Positions 1 to 13,608 of a DNA stretch of 64,000 nucleotides are shown piece after piece (the stretch's first letter is position 1; the number at the start of each line of letters is the position of its first letter). The translations under genes and the position numbers were made by a program. The notes under the pieces were generated by a model. It did not search any database and was not told the DNA's origin. It was given only the letters and a program-made list of their open reading frames with translations. Origin of the DNA: Macrostomum lignano. Its lineage: Eukaryota. The stretch spans positions 1 to 64,000 of the forward strand of contig NIVC01001823.1 in assembly GCA_002269645.1 (NCBI GenBank). Reading direction: 5' to 3'.

Positions 1-81
1 CTGCTTTTTACCTTGTTTCAGCAAGTTGCTGAAGATCCAATTGAAAGTGTCTGAAGTCTCGTTTATTTTTCTCCATTGCAG

Positions 82-163
82 GCTGTGCATTCCTCACCTA
101 CCTGCAGAGAGAGTCGGCCATCAGGTGCCAGGCGGCCTGCATGAGAAGCGAACCCTGCCCGGG
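82..163 (+). CDS. CELF4: CELF3-6 (unc-75/bruno-3-type) RNA-binding protein, exon encoding the C-terminal half of RRM1; carries a 1-nt frameshift
   Basis: Acceptor ttgcAG at 80-81, donor GTGAGC at 164. Reads GCAFLTYLQRESAIRCQAA then LHEKRTLPG in the adjacent frame, matching the CELF RRM1 motif GCAFLTY...A..ALHE..TLPG. One C is missing at 136-137. Symbol denotes the CELF3-6 subfamily, not strict orthology. Confidence 0.85.
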
Positions 164-214
164 GTGAGCAGCGGCTGCTTGTGGCGATTTGGGCGTGTTT
201 TAGGGATGGATTCA

Positions 215-600
215 GGGCTGCATTTAGGGCTGATTTAGGGGCAGATTAAGGGCTGATTCAGAGCTGATTCAGGGCTGATTCAGGCTGATTCAGGGGCAGA
301 TTAAGGGCTGATTCAGGGCTGATTCAGGGCAGATTAAGGGCTGATTCAGGGCTGATTCAGGGCTGATTTAGAGATATATTTAGGGGACGGATATAGGGAG
401 ATGCATTTGGGGGGCAGATGTTGGATTTAGGGCGGCTTTAGGGGGCAGAGGATGGATTTAAGGGCGGATTTCGGGATGGATTTAGGAACGGATTTAGGGG
501 TGGATTTAGGTGGATTTAGGGGCTGATTTAGGCGCGGATTCAGGGGCGAATTAACAGGTGAATTTAGGGATTGATTTACGAGCGAAATTAGGGGGGTATT
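215..600 (+). repeat. Degenerate 10-11 bp minisatellite (GGGCTGATTCA / GGATTTAGG)
   Basis: Units visible directly, decaying toward 600; in CELF intron. Confidence 0.75.
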
Positions 601-1408
601 TACTGGCGGATTTTATAGCGGATAATGAGGCGGAAAATATATAGATGCAGAATCAAGAGTCAATTATTGGCAGCCGATTTCGTGACTGCGGTTTTGACTT
701 CTATATTTGGGCATTGAATCAAATTGCGTAGGTGGGTAATTGTTCAAAAGCGATTTTATCTACAAAGAACGAAGCGATACTGGAACGTTACGGCAGACTG
801 CAAGCTTCAGCTTATTGACAAATGGCACTGGATGCACTCGCATTTAAATTGGCACTCAAAAAAGCACGATACAGGAGCGTAAAAACGCCTTTGTAGCAAG
901 CGGGTGGTTATCTATCGTAGCACTTGTTATCCAACTGCACTACTAGCAGTAAAACTGCGGGGAAATTCTGTTCTAATTTAAACAAAACTATACAACAGAA
1001 AAGTTCGCCACTATTCGGCAGATCATTGTATCATGAAAAAAATTACATGTAGGCCGTGAAAACTCCCCAGGAGAATGGCTGAGAGGCGCAAAAAAAGAAG
1101 TAGAATATGCAAAATGAGCTCGGATGGCAACCAGGGAAGGTGCCGTTGTCGGCTTGAATGGGCAGAGAAGTTGAACAAAAAAATGAAATTACTCGAATAG
1201 CCCCGCGCGGGCGGCCGGCCCTCTGGGGGCCTCGGACGCCCCCTCAGCCGGTAATCGATTGCCCACGCCGAGCCGAGCGAGAAAATGGAAATGGAGATCG
1301 CACTGGGCTCCGGCTGGTCCCGAGCTGGCGTGAAATTTCAAATCCGTGCCGACTGTGGCTGAAAAAATGGTTTCTTTGCTGACGGAATTTCGCTGTTCTT
1401 TTCAACTA

Positions 1409-1418
1409 CTGCTTTCAG

Positions 1419-1449
<31 letters not shown>

Positions 1450-1473
1450 GATAGATAGATAGATAGAGATAGA

Positions 1474-1480
<7 letters not shown>
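1409..1480 (+). repeat. (AGAT)n microsatellite, short array
   Basis: Direct reading. Confidence 0.95.
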
Positions 1481-2920
<1,440 letters not shown>

Positions 2921-5119
2921 GTAGGTAGTAGGGACAGCAGTAGTAGTGATTAAAGCAGGTGACAAGCAGGTGATAAAAGTAGTGACAGGAAAACCTGTTA
3001 CCAGCGAGCCCGCAGCTACGATGCAGTACTCCGTCGATTCCCCTTAAGCCCCATAGCAACAGGAAGAAGGGGGGAATGAAAGAAATTATTCCTCACGTGC
3101 TTGATATTACCTTGCTAGACATGCAGGGCTGACTCAGAGCTTGAGAACACGAGACAGGGATGGAGGAGAACAGGCTCGTGTGTATACAGGTGCGGCTCAC
3201 GGAGGAGGAGGAGAGGAGGATGAGGAGGGCAGGACCGAGAGGGGAGATAAGCCGCTGCTGCTGAACCACCTTCCGCGATCCCCACAGCTGCCAGTCGGAG
3301 TTAAGCTTGGGCCTTGGGCAGCCTGATCTCGCACCGGCACATTTCCCGCCAGCATGCATGTAACTCCCCAATGGCCAAGCCGTTTCTCCGTATCTTGGCC
3401 TGACGCGGTTCTCACACTAGTTCCGTTATTCCTTCATCTTTATATCTGTATCCTCTCTCTCTCTCTCTGTGTGTGGGGGGGGCAGATCTTATCGCCAGCA
3501 ACAGCCACGGGTTGTTTGCCTTCTTTTTCTGCGATTTGCTCCGAGGTCAGCAAAATACGCGCTGGAAACGTCCGAACGTCCGTCCCAGCAAGAGTCTGTT
3601 CTCCGGCAGAGGCTAGATAGAGGGAAACTGGGATTCTCACTGGAAATTCATACATGCTTGTGAAATATTAGAAAACTGCATATTGCACTATCAAGATAGA
3701 GCAGGATGTGAGAGCAGGTGCGCAGCTGCTATCAATCTGAGCGACGGGGTTGCAGAATTAAAAAGGATGGATGATGGAGAGGGGAAAACAAGCGAGGGGG
3801 GCTGTGTGGAGAGGCAATATCGAAGGTAAATGAGCGACTGGCTGCTGCTACAATATTCTCAGTAAGCAGCTGTCCCTGAACAAAAAGCATTGGCAGGGAG
3901 GCCCTCTTCTTAGCCGCGCTCTCAAAGCCTCGCTTGCTGAGTGCGCGGAAGAAGCCACCCGAGGGGCAATGAACGGATGGAGGGCTGGGGGGGAGGAGCT
4001 CTCGGGGCATTAAGAGGAAAAGGATACGGGCCAGTCCACAGCCCGGGAGCTTTGGGATAAATGCAGCACGTCTCAGACCTGATGCTCGGTTGGGTGTGGA
4101 CCAAAAAAGTAAAAAGGAAAAAAGCAACGGCAGCTGCTCTCTCTCTTCTCCTCACTGCCTCTCTCTACTTTCTCTGTTCAACGCCACAGAATTTTGAGTC
4201 GCTGGCTCTTCCTCTTCCCGCCCCTCACCCCGCAGTTTGCCGTGCCCTGCCTCATGCCCCTCTTATTTCTCGCACAAGAAGCTAAAAAGATCCGGCCCCG
4301 TATCAGGTCGCTACCCCAAAGCTGCCGACTCAAATTCTACCTCAGGGCACACACAAGCCGCCTCAACCCCTGCCATCTTGGATACCGCTGAGGCCTGTTG
4401 CACTGCTCACAGCGTCTCAATTCCATCAACCCCTTATCCTCGTCCCAGCACCCAATCGTCTGTCCAGAATCCCCACAGCCAACCGCCCCCCTGCAGCGCC
4501 GCCATCAGTATCCAGACTCACCGTTCATCCGCTCCGCGTCTCTTTCCCAGCTCATAGCAGCTCGCTTTGTTAGCAGCCCCCTCGCCAATCCGGCCCGTCA
4601 TTCTCCATCATTCCCTTTGCCCCCACCCTGTCAGCCGGGGTGACAAAAGGATTCTGGGTGGCAGGGTCTGCTTGCTTGAGTCGCGCGCCAGACTTTCTGA
4701 GGGAAGAGCAACAGAGCCAAGCTAAACTCGGAGAGGCATCCAGATTTTCGTTGTTGCTGTCGACGACGAGTCGGGAGATCGAAGCTCTTTTAGTAGCAGC
4801 ATTGAAAGCAGAGCGGCAGCAAGACGGACTTGCAGTTGGAGTCGGCCTACAGCCTGCTGCTCTCGCCAGCTGCCAGGGGCTCCTGCTACCTCGGCGGCGG
4901 CGGCAGCGCAGGTGTTGGAGGCAGCAGCGTCGGCGGTGGCGGTAACGGCAGCATGTTGTTAGCCAGTGTGAGAGACAGTTTTCAGTTTGCTGCACGGATA
5001 AAGAAAGTGCTCAACCCTAGTGGCGATTGTCAAAATCTTCTTTGATGCTTTGTCGTGCACGAGTGTGTTGTAGAATGCTAAACGAATTGTAAAAAAAAAA
5101 CTGGAATCCCCGATTTCAG

Positions 5120-5168
5120 ATGGCCCGCCCCCTGCAGGTGAAGCCGGCCGATAGCGAGCCTCGTTCTG
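5120..5168 (+). CDS. CELF4: CELF3-6 exon, end of RRM1 (MARPLQVKPADSEPRS)
   Basis: tttcAG acceptor 5118-5119, GTGAGT donor 5169. Matches CELF MNRPIQVKPADSE. Phases 0 and 1 fit the neighbouring exons. Confidence 0.9.
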
Positions 5169-5782
5169 GTGAGTTTTGGCTTCGATTTTGTTTGTAATAT
5201 AGCGGCTTCTAAGCATGGGAAACTCAAGTAGAAGGCCCTCCCACCGACAAATTATCGGTATATTATCGGTATGGCTCGTATATTCTTAACAGTTATAACA
5301 GTTATAAAATAGCTCGTAGCTTCTTTCAAAGCGCAAGTAACGGCTTACTGATATTTATTTAACAAAGACATTGGAGGGGAGATTCTGTGTGACTAGTTTT
5401 AGGCTATGCTTAAATTATCATGAAAATGATTATGAGAAATAGTCTCTCATCGACCAAGCACCCGCGTTGCTTTGTTAATGACGCAAAAAAACAAAAAAGT
5501 CATTTTAGGTATAATAGCACTCTCTCGCTTCATATTAGCTATTGTGAGCGTTTCATTGTCCTGAAATTAGAAAAAAATATCCTCGATTTCAAGAGAAAAA
5601 CTGAAGGACTCAAAATTTTCGATTCGAAATTCTCTGAAATGCAGTCGGCACTCCAGCTTAGTGGCACTTCGAGGCCATCCAAAAGTTCTGGCTTTTGCTC
5701 TATGTTTGCTTGTTTTGAAAGTTGGTTGGGAACGAAACTGCAGGACTATCAGGGCTTGTGGAAGATTAACTGTCATTGGTTA

Positions 5783-5932
5783 TAGAGTAGACTAATGGTT
5801 AGAGCGTCGGGCTCAAGACCGAAAGGTCGGGTGTTCGATTCCCGATCCCACTGGAACAATTTGTGTCATTGAGCAAGACTCTTAACTCTGAATTGCTTCA
5901 GTTCCCCCAGCAGTAGAATGGGTGCCAGCATT
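5783..5932 (+). mobile_element. tRNA-derived CORE-SINE, 3'-truncated copy
   Basis: A-box TAGACTAATGG (5788), B-box GTTCGATTCC (5833), then GTGTCATTGAGCAAGACTCTTAACTCTG...AATGGGTGCCAGC. Homologous to copies at 10843 and 62250. Confidence 0.8.
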
Positions 5933-7951
5933 AATTATAATTGCTGTAATTAACGATGACTAAGGAGGCGTTAGAGGCGCAGGTTAGCAGATTAGCCATG
6001 GCACATTAGCCAGTAGCTTGTGCTCAAAAATAATTGGCCGGAAAGTTGTCGTGCGATTCACATGAATCAGAGCCAACCCCGGAAGGGGAGAGGGTCGGAA
6101 GGGGAGACAGACGGCGGATGGGCAGAAGAGTGGATTAGTGCCCATCTGCAAAGAGAATATCTGCTGTCTTCCCTAGTTTCCTGCCCGCATTTTCTTCTCT
6201 TCCTATGAGTCGCTCTCGGCTCCTAATTCGTATGTGTCGCCTGCTCGGAGAAAAAGCAGAAGGCATCAAAGAAGTAGCGGAACAGGCTTGGATAGACTCT
6301 CTCAGCCACTGCTGCAAGCTACGAGCTAGGTCGGGGAAGTTTGAAAAACTCCATCTGCAGCGAGCTCGAATCCTCGGTGCTGTAAAAACCGAAGAAAACC
6401 GGGGGGGGGGGCAAAATTTGAGCTTCGCTTGGTTAAAAGGGGATCGTGATACCAGCTCATGCTAAGCTTTGTTTGAAATTAATGAAACTCTAATTAGAAG
6501 CTATGTTTTATTCAAAAAAGTTTTCTGGCTTTGCATCACGAGACAGTGGACTCATCGTGATCAGAGATGAGCTCAAAAGTAAAAAGCTAAGATGAAGGAG
6601 CTCCGGGGAGGCTGAGCGACTCGAGACGAATATGAGCAGCAAGATAAGAAATTGCAGACGAGAGTTGCATGGGAGGCAGAAAAACGAAGAGAAGCAACAC
6701 GGGGCAGCTCCGGTTCGAGGTTGGCCGTGCAAGTAAAAGGTTGATGCAGGCATGGGGGGGGGGACATTATCGTCTCAAAATAGGGAGAATGGACAGTGAT
6801 GGAAGCGAAGTCTGGCTTTCTTCTTCTCTTCCCTACCGCTGTTAGCGAGAAAGCCTGGCGAATCTCTCGCTGTCGAGGGTGGGGTCGGGCAGAGACGGAG
6901 TGGCTTGAGCAGTGCTCAATCCAGCATCCAGATCCGTCCCAAACCCTCGCGCACGCAAGCCAGGAGGGGGAGATGGGGACAGAGGGGCAGGGAAAAGCTC
7001 GCGATAGGTGCTCAGCCAGTCCCCACAATCCCCGGCCCCATGGCATAGAAGATGGAGTGGCTGGCGCACCCAGGCTTATTCATAGTAAGGGATCTGGGGA
7101 ACTTCTATTGATTCGGGGGAGGTCGTTCGCGCTCACTGGCCTCCCCTGTCTCCCCTCTGCCCCACAGCCCCCCTCATCTCTGCCCGCAGCCTCCACATCC
7201 TCTCTCTGCTCACCAGCCAAGATATAAGCAATGCTGAGCAGCGCAGACTCCCCACACGGATTCGCCCACCCCACAACCCCCTCGGCCTTTAACTGGGGTT
7301 GCCACCGCTCACTCGGTCTGTAAATAGCCGAGCAAGCGAGACAAAGCCTAGCTGACTCGGGAGCAGCATTTTTTTCTTGGATACAAAGGAAGACTGCCTG
7401 CCCTGCTGCGTGGTGGATAGCTGGCCAGCAAAAGGACACAAACTCGAACAGGGCCGGGAGCGTCTCGACTCGCTCACACCAGTTGACCCCGAATTCGTCA
7501 AGCACCGATTGCCCTGCAGCTATTTCGCTGGCTAATAAATTTCGAATAGAGAAATTTCCGTAAAAAGGAAAAAAAAGCGAAAGGAGCAGTGAGGCTTAGT
7601 CACACCTCACCTCTCTCTTTGTTTGCAGCAGAGAGAAAGAGAGAGAGAAAGATTGCCTCCTGATCCCAGCTTTAGGAAAATTTCCCACACTGGCCAACCA
7701 GGAACTGTGGCAACAATTCAGCGCAAAACCTTGAGCAGCAAAATCGAGAAAAGTCAGCGAAGCGTTGAAACAGATATATACTGCAGAGTAAGAGAGCCAG
7801 CCTGTCGAAAAAACGCTCGTTTCAATCAGTCTCAAAACAGGAGAGAGCTAAACAAGAGAGCCAGGTCGAACAAGGTCAATAACAGAGGCCGTTTATCAAT
7901 AAGTTTTGTTCTTGCAATCGAGAGAGTAAGAGAGAGTAAGAGAGAGAGCAG

Positions 7952-8177
7952 ATGATGATTGCGGAGCACGCCATGAGCATGGCTCAGGTGATGCCCAAGG
8001 CGATTGACTTTGGAGGTCTTTGCCAGGCTCAGCAGGTTCCGCAGCAGCAGCAGCAGCCTCAGCATCAGCAGCATCCGCCCAATGGCAAGCTGTTTGATGG
8101 CTCGCAGAGCTTGCACTGCAATTTGGACAAAGTGAAATTGATCCAGTACCAGCTAGCAAATTTGCCAGGACACGAAG
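7952..8177 (+). CDS. CELF4: Putative alternative first coding exon of the CELF gene (short isoform lacking RRM1)
   Basis: ATG 7952, 75 codons plus 1 nt, strong donor AAG|GTGAGT at 8178. Phase 1 matches the RRM2 acceptor at 9530. Upstream is purine-rich with no polypyrimidine tract. Confidence 0.6.
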
Positions 8178-9529
8178 GTGAGTTCGAAGAGTAAAGTCTG
8201 TGCAGTTTTTATTCAAGCCCACCTTATAGGCACAGGTAAAAGGCCTGTGATTTTCTACTTTCCATTATCTTTGTTTTTTTCCATTTCTTCTTATACGGAG
8301 CAGCTGCTTCAAAGGGCTTTGTTCTCCGGCCCCTTCTATCTTCCTTCCCGGAATCAAAGCGCATGAGTTGAGCCAGTGAGTGCAAAGAGCCGGATTTTCA
8401 CTACAAAACGCGCCCAGGCCGTGCCCCTAATGCGCGTGATAGCTTATTCCGTCTTTACCTGCTGATTAAACCCGATGCGAATAAAGATAAATGAGTAATT
8501 AATGCTCTCTGGACCCAATTTCTTTGTCTATGCAGCTCGAAGTCTATTATTTTATCCAATTGGGACTTGTAGTTCCTGCCTCTCCGCTCTTCCCACCTAA
8601 ATATCCCTTGCAGCGAGGCAAGGGGGCCTTCCTTTTTCCCATTCATCCCCCGCTCGGGTTACGCAATCAGAGCGGATTCTGCAGAGCCACCCGCCCCGGT
8701 CCGACCTCGGGGTGTCACGCGCTGACGTGTCGCATTTTCTTTTTGAGGCGTCTGGACAGAATTGTGAGTCACTCGTTTCTTCGGCTCCACTTCTGCAAGG
8801 GTTCGAGTTGGTATTATCGAGTCTGTCTCAGCTGCGAGTCACATGGCTTCTGCATCCCCAGAGTTGGCTTTCTCCTCGCTAATTCGCTCTGAGTCATATG
8901 ACTGCGACCGAGTCTCGACTCTTGTCGAGACCACCTGTCACCGCTTCGTCTTCTGGGACTTCTGCTGAAGAAAATCGAGCAAGCTGAGAATTAATTAGCC
9001 CCACCTTTTACAGGCTTTGAAGCCAAAAAGGTTTTTAGACTCAAGGAAAAAATAATGGATGTAGCTTTTAAAGAAATTATACCTTTTAAAAGCAGATTGA
9101 GGCAAATGGACAGAGATGACAACTAGAGTGAGTAGATCGTTATTGAACAAGGCAATTTTAAACAACTCCAATAGCTTTCAAAATATGTGCGCGCATCTCA
9201 ACAGCCGCACCTCAATACACTAGGCTAGTAAAGCCCCACAAAACTGCAGATACCCCGGCCCCATTAATGTTTGATGAAAACTATGAAAACGCGTCTAATA
9301 TTGAACGAATTGTGTGTAAATAGAATTGTATAATGCACCTGCAGTACTGCAACTACTGAAAATTATGCAGAGAATTAATAGCAATAAGAAAATTGAATAG
9401 TGATAAGTCCTTCGGACCTGTACCTTGAAGTTTAAACTTTTACCTGTCACATGAAGCCGCTATCAAATATGCTTGGAATCTACAAACGCATACTATAAAA
9501 AAACTGCGCAAACCGTTGTCCTTGCACAG

Positions 9530-9738
9530 ACGATCGCAAACTATTCGTTGGCATGCTGTCCAAGCAGCAAAGTGAGGAGGATGTCCGGCGACTATTCGAG
9601 CCGTACGGTCAGATCGAGGAGTGCACCATTCTGCGGGACCAGAACGGGGCCAGCAAGGGCTGCGCGTTCGTCAAGTACGGCAACCACCTGGAGGCGCAGA
9701 GTGCTATCAACAATCTGCACGGCAGCCAGACCATGCCA
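9530..9738 (+). CDS. CELF4: CELF3-6 exon, RRM2
   Basis: [49 protein letters not shown]...LHGSQTMP; cacAG acceptor, GTGAGT donor 9739. Confidence 0.95.
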
Positions 9739-10842
9739 GTGAGTTCGCTTAAACCGCCTTTCCAAACATTTCTTTTAGCATCTGCTGATCGATATGAGTC
9801 CTTTTACTAGGCGAAGTACAGCTGTGGACTCAAACGAGAAGTATCGCCTCCTACCTTCACACTGAACTGAAACCTCAGTCTCTTCTCTTCTCTCTGTTTA
9901 CCCGGCTTTCTTTCCATCTTTGCTCTCAACTGCCCCGATCTTCTCAGTTTTCTTCCCCTCTTCTTGCGCTCCGCTGCAGTAGCAGTGGATGCGCGGTGGT
10001 CTAGATATGCAAGCAAATATCTGATGGATAACAAAGTACGTTGAGTACGAGTCCAGCCCCCAAGCACTCAGCGGGGTGCGTCGATAGCTCGATAGCCTCC
10101 TAGCAGTAACGATACTCGCTAGCTGATTTTGACGATATGGTATTTTTAATTTGAAAAAAGGCTCATATTTTAAGCAGGAAGCGTCCACGCTATCGGATAG
10201 GGAAGAGCGGCGAGAGTGGGGAGCGAAGATCGGGGTAGAGGGGGGGGGGCGCAGCTGCGACAGAAGCCGTTGTTGGCTTTTAGAGAATCAGGAAGCCGTC
10301 CCGGCCAACCCTTCCATTGTGCAGCTGTCACAGCTGCTCATGCTGATGGCTCAGCTACTGATTGAGAGAGAGAGAGAGAGAGAGAGAGGAGAGGAGATCA
10401 GAGGCCGCTGATGGAGATCCAAAGTTGAAAATCAAAATCGGGAATAAATCTCGGGCGCATCTCATCAGAGCTCTCTGCTCTCTGTTTCCACTCACTCACC
10501 CTCAGTTTCAATCCAGGCAAGGGGAAAGTGATCAGATTTTGAGGATCAGATTTTGAGGCAGATGCGGCTTAGAAGCTGGGTGAAGCGGTCATATCGCTGC
10601 GTTCTGTAAAATCTGATACATTTGCGTATGCGATGTTTCAATTTCTGAAATTTCATAAAAGCCATGATCATATAAATCGATATCGATACGTAATATGATA
10701 TTCTCTTTGAAATCAAAACTGCTTTAAAAGATTCAAAGCCTCTTATCGTAGAAGAATTTTTCTTTGACTCAGACATTGCGTTCATAAATTTTATTCTTCT
10801 CTTCTTAAACGATCCGTCTGATCAGAGGTTCTCTTGCGTCCT

Positions 10843-11118
10843 AGGGAGTTGTAGCCTAGTGATTAGAGCGTTGGAATCTTGACTTGAAGGTCAGGGGTTC
10901 GATTCCCGATCCCACTGAAACAATTTTTTTCCTCAAACAAGACACTTAACTCTGCATTGTTTCAGTTCACCCAGCTGTAAAATGGGTGCCAGCATTAGCT
11001 GGATAATTGAGGGTGTGTGTGGAACCCCCACATTCTGGACTAAACAGCCGTACGCAGCCTTCAAGTTGCACACCTAGCAAAATTGGGACAGGTGTAATTA
11101 ATTATTATATTATTATTA
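10843..11118 (+). mobile_element. tRNA-derived CORE-SINE, near full length with (ATT)n tail
   Basis: A-box about 10852, B-box GGTTCGATTCC 10896, core CAAGACACTTAACTCTG...TCAGTTCACCCAGCTGTAAAATGGG, tail AATTATTATATTATTATTA. Confidence 0.85.
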
Positions 11119-11212
11119 CGTGTGTCCTACAGCATTTTACGAGCGTAGTTAATACAAAGCTCCCGCGATACTCGCACGCTAATCCGCACCCCACCACCGC
11201 CCCTCACGCCAG

Positions 11213-11368
11213 GGTGCCAGCAGCTCCATTGTGGTGAAATTCGCCGACAACGAGAAGGAGCGTCAGCTGCGCAAGCTGCAGCAGATGGTGGGGCCGCTGG
11301 GCCTCATCTCGCCCGGACTGGCGGGCGTGGCCGGGCAGCTCAACCCGGTGGCCACACCCTTTCCTCAG
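11213..11368 (+). CDS. CELF4: CELF3-6 exon, end of RRM2 and start of the divergent domain
   Basis: [25 protein letters not shown] (conserved CELF motif); ccAG acceptor, CAG|GTGCGT donor; 156 nt in frame. Confidence 0.93.
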
Positions 11369-11835
11369 GTGCGTGCAGTTAGATGAATTGAAATAGGCAC
11401 ATTAAAAAATGGAAAGGCTCTCTCGTAGGTAGGATAAGGTGATGAGGAACAAGGCTGTGATGAGTCTGTGTCTCAGGTTTGATTCCGCGCGTGGCCGCAT
11501 CAACTCCGCAGTGTGTAATTGGCCTCAAAATGGTATTGAGTTTCTCACGAGCTGAAATCTCACGAGAAGGATCTCTAAGATTACCCAAGCTGCTAAAGAT
11601 ATGCGGTTTGTCCCTATGCTTCTCCGCAACAAATAAACCTTGAAGTGATATAAGAGGATGAAAAGCGACCTGATCTCAGGATAGCGAAACTGAGATCAAT
11701 CGTAACGAGCTGCAGGTAGAGTAGAGAACACGCTTTGTGACAATATAAATCTGGGCAGCAGTGTGAAACCCGCTACATTTATGGTAACCAAAACACCTGC
11801 ATATGCAGCGATGTTGTCAAACCCCAATCATCCAG

Positions 11836-12205
11836 CAGTCCTCCGGCTACATCAACCCCGTCGCCGCTCTGGCCATCCAACTTCAAAGCGCCACCGGCCC
11901 CCAGACGGGCGGCTTGGGGGGTCTCACACCAGCGCTGAACTCCACCGTTGCGAATCCGGGCAGCGGATGCGGCGGAGGTCACACCTCGCTGACTTCGGCC
12001 GCGCAGGCTACGGTGCTGAGTCCGGTGAGCTCAGGTGCTGGCGGCCTGCAGCAGCAACAGCCTCTGTCTTCGGCTGCGGCTGCGGCAGCGGCTGTGAACG
12101 GAGCCGCCGCGGCTGCCGCTGCTGCGGCTGCTGCCTCTGCTGACACGGCTGCAGCTCTGTACGCGGCCACGAGCGGCATGCCGGCTCAGTACATCAATGG
12201 AGCCG
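11836..12205 (+). CDS. CELF4: CELF3-6 exon, Ala/Gln-rich divergent domain
   Basis: QSSGYINPVAALAIQLQ...AAAAA...; donor G|GTAAG at 12206. Acceptor is ambiguous (CAGCAG at 11833-11838, or in-frame AG at 11807-11808). Confidence 0.75.
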
Positions 12206-12307
12206 GTAAGCGCTGCGCTGTCCTCTGCCTGCGTTTGAATTGATGCCCATGATTTTTTAAAACTAGCCGTAACGGACATTCGACCAAAACTTAAAAACTT
12301 TCTCCAG

Positions 12308-12361
12308 GAACCGATCCGCTACATCAAATGTATTCGACTGTGCATCCTTACTCTGGAATAG
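12308..12361 (+). CDS. CELF4: CELF3-6 small exon (GTDPLHQMYSTVHPYSGI)
   Basis: tctccAG acceptor, GTGAGC donor, phase 1/1, 54 nt. Resembles vertebrate CELF DPLQQAYAG.Q.Y. Confidence 0.8.
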   Translation, partial: EPIRYIKCIRLCILTLE

Positions 12362-13189
12362 GTGAGCTTCTAGAAGACGTTTATTTTTCTTTAGTGCCAC
12401 AAAAGTAATCAAAGCAACTCCAGCAAGAAAGATTTTAGAGAATACTCAGCAGTTTTACAGCCGTTTCCAGTTAGGAATAAGTTCTAGAGGTCCTTTTTTA
12501 CCTGAAGGGGGTAATTCTGGCCAAACGTCTTGACTAACCGTACATAGCATTTTTGAGTTCGAACAGAAAAGTATTGGAAAGTGAGCCCGGATCTACTTTT
12601 ATTAACCCCCCCCCGGTGAAAGTAATACTGTTTATGCATTTCATAACTCGGCTGCAATATGAACAGTTCGGATTGGCAAGCATTAACCGAATGCAATTTA
12701 TCGACATTGAAACCCGGGGAGCATATCCAAAAGATCCCTTGGGGACTCGCGGTCCCAGCTGGCTCGGCTTCCGCTAGGGTCTCTCAACTGCTAATCTTCT
12801 TCGCTTAGACGAAGCTCTGATTGATTTCCAGATCCCCCTTCCTTCCTGGCCGAGCTGGCACGAGGCTGCTGTTATTAAATCCGGTCATATTAAACTCAAT
12901 ATGCCGTTAATTTCGTTTTCGCTTAGCTAAATTATTTCATCTTGCTGACGATTTTTCCCGTAGCCAGCTAAATAAGAATTCATATAAGTCCTTTACTCAG
13001 CAATGACGGGTTATGAGTGGCTCGCACGTGTACGTTTGAATACTTGCATCTCGGATTTCGCATTTCTTGGCCTCTAGATAATCTGTCAGGAGGGGGGAGA
13101 ATCAGCAAAGTACCTTAACAAATCTCTATACAGCAAAAAATGTCCCAGATGAATGCTCAGTCTCCCACCTCCTGCCAAACAACCTGCAG

Positions 13190-13608
13190 CTGCGTATCCA
13201 GCCGATCCAACGGCCACTTATCCAGCCGCAGCCGCTGCTGCCGCCTACGCAGCCGCTCCTTTCATGTCGCTAACGCAACAGGCCATGTCGATGCCTGTGC
13301 AGCACAAGGATGGCTCCAAGGAGTTCATCCTGACTGGGCCTGACGGCTGCAACCTGTTCATCTACCATCTGCCGCAGGAGTTCGGCGACTGCGAGCTCGC
13401 CCAGATGTTCGCTCCATTCGGCACGGTGATCTCCGCCAAGGTGTACGTCGACCGCGCCACCAACCAGAGCAAGTGCTTCGGCTTTGTGAGCTTCGACAAC
13501 TCGGCAGCCGCGGCGGCTGCCATTCAAGCCATGAACGGCTTTCAGATTGGCATGAAGCGGCTCAAAGTGCAGCTGAAACGGCCTAAAGGCGAGGGCCGGC
13601 CCTACTGA
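13190..13608 (+). CDS. CELF4: CELF3-6 terminal exon, RRM3
   Basis: AAYP...[55 protein letters not shown]...[19 protein letters not shown]. Diagnostic CELF3-6/UNC-75 C-terminus; phase-1 acceptor cctgcAG 13188-13189. Confidence 0.96.

Noticed and set aside
4570-4995. GC-rich ORFs on both strands in CELF intron 1
   Set aside because: No recognisable domain or consistent splice boundaries.
5783-5860. Functional tRNA genes at the SINE heads (also 10843 and 62250)
   Set aside because: Cloverleaf stems are broken and each continues into a shared SINE body.
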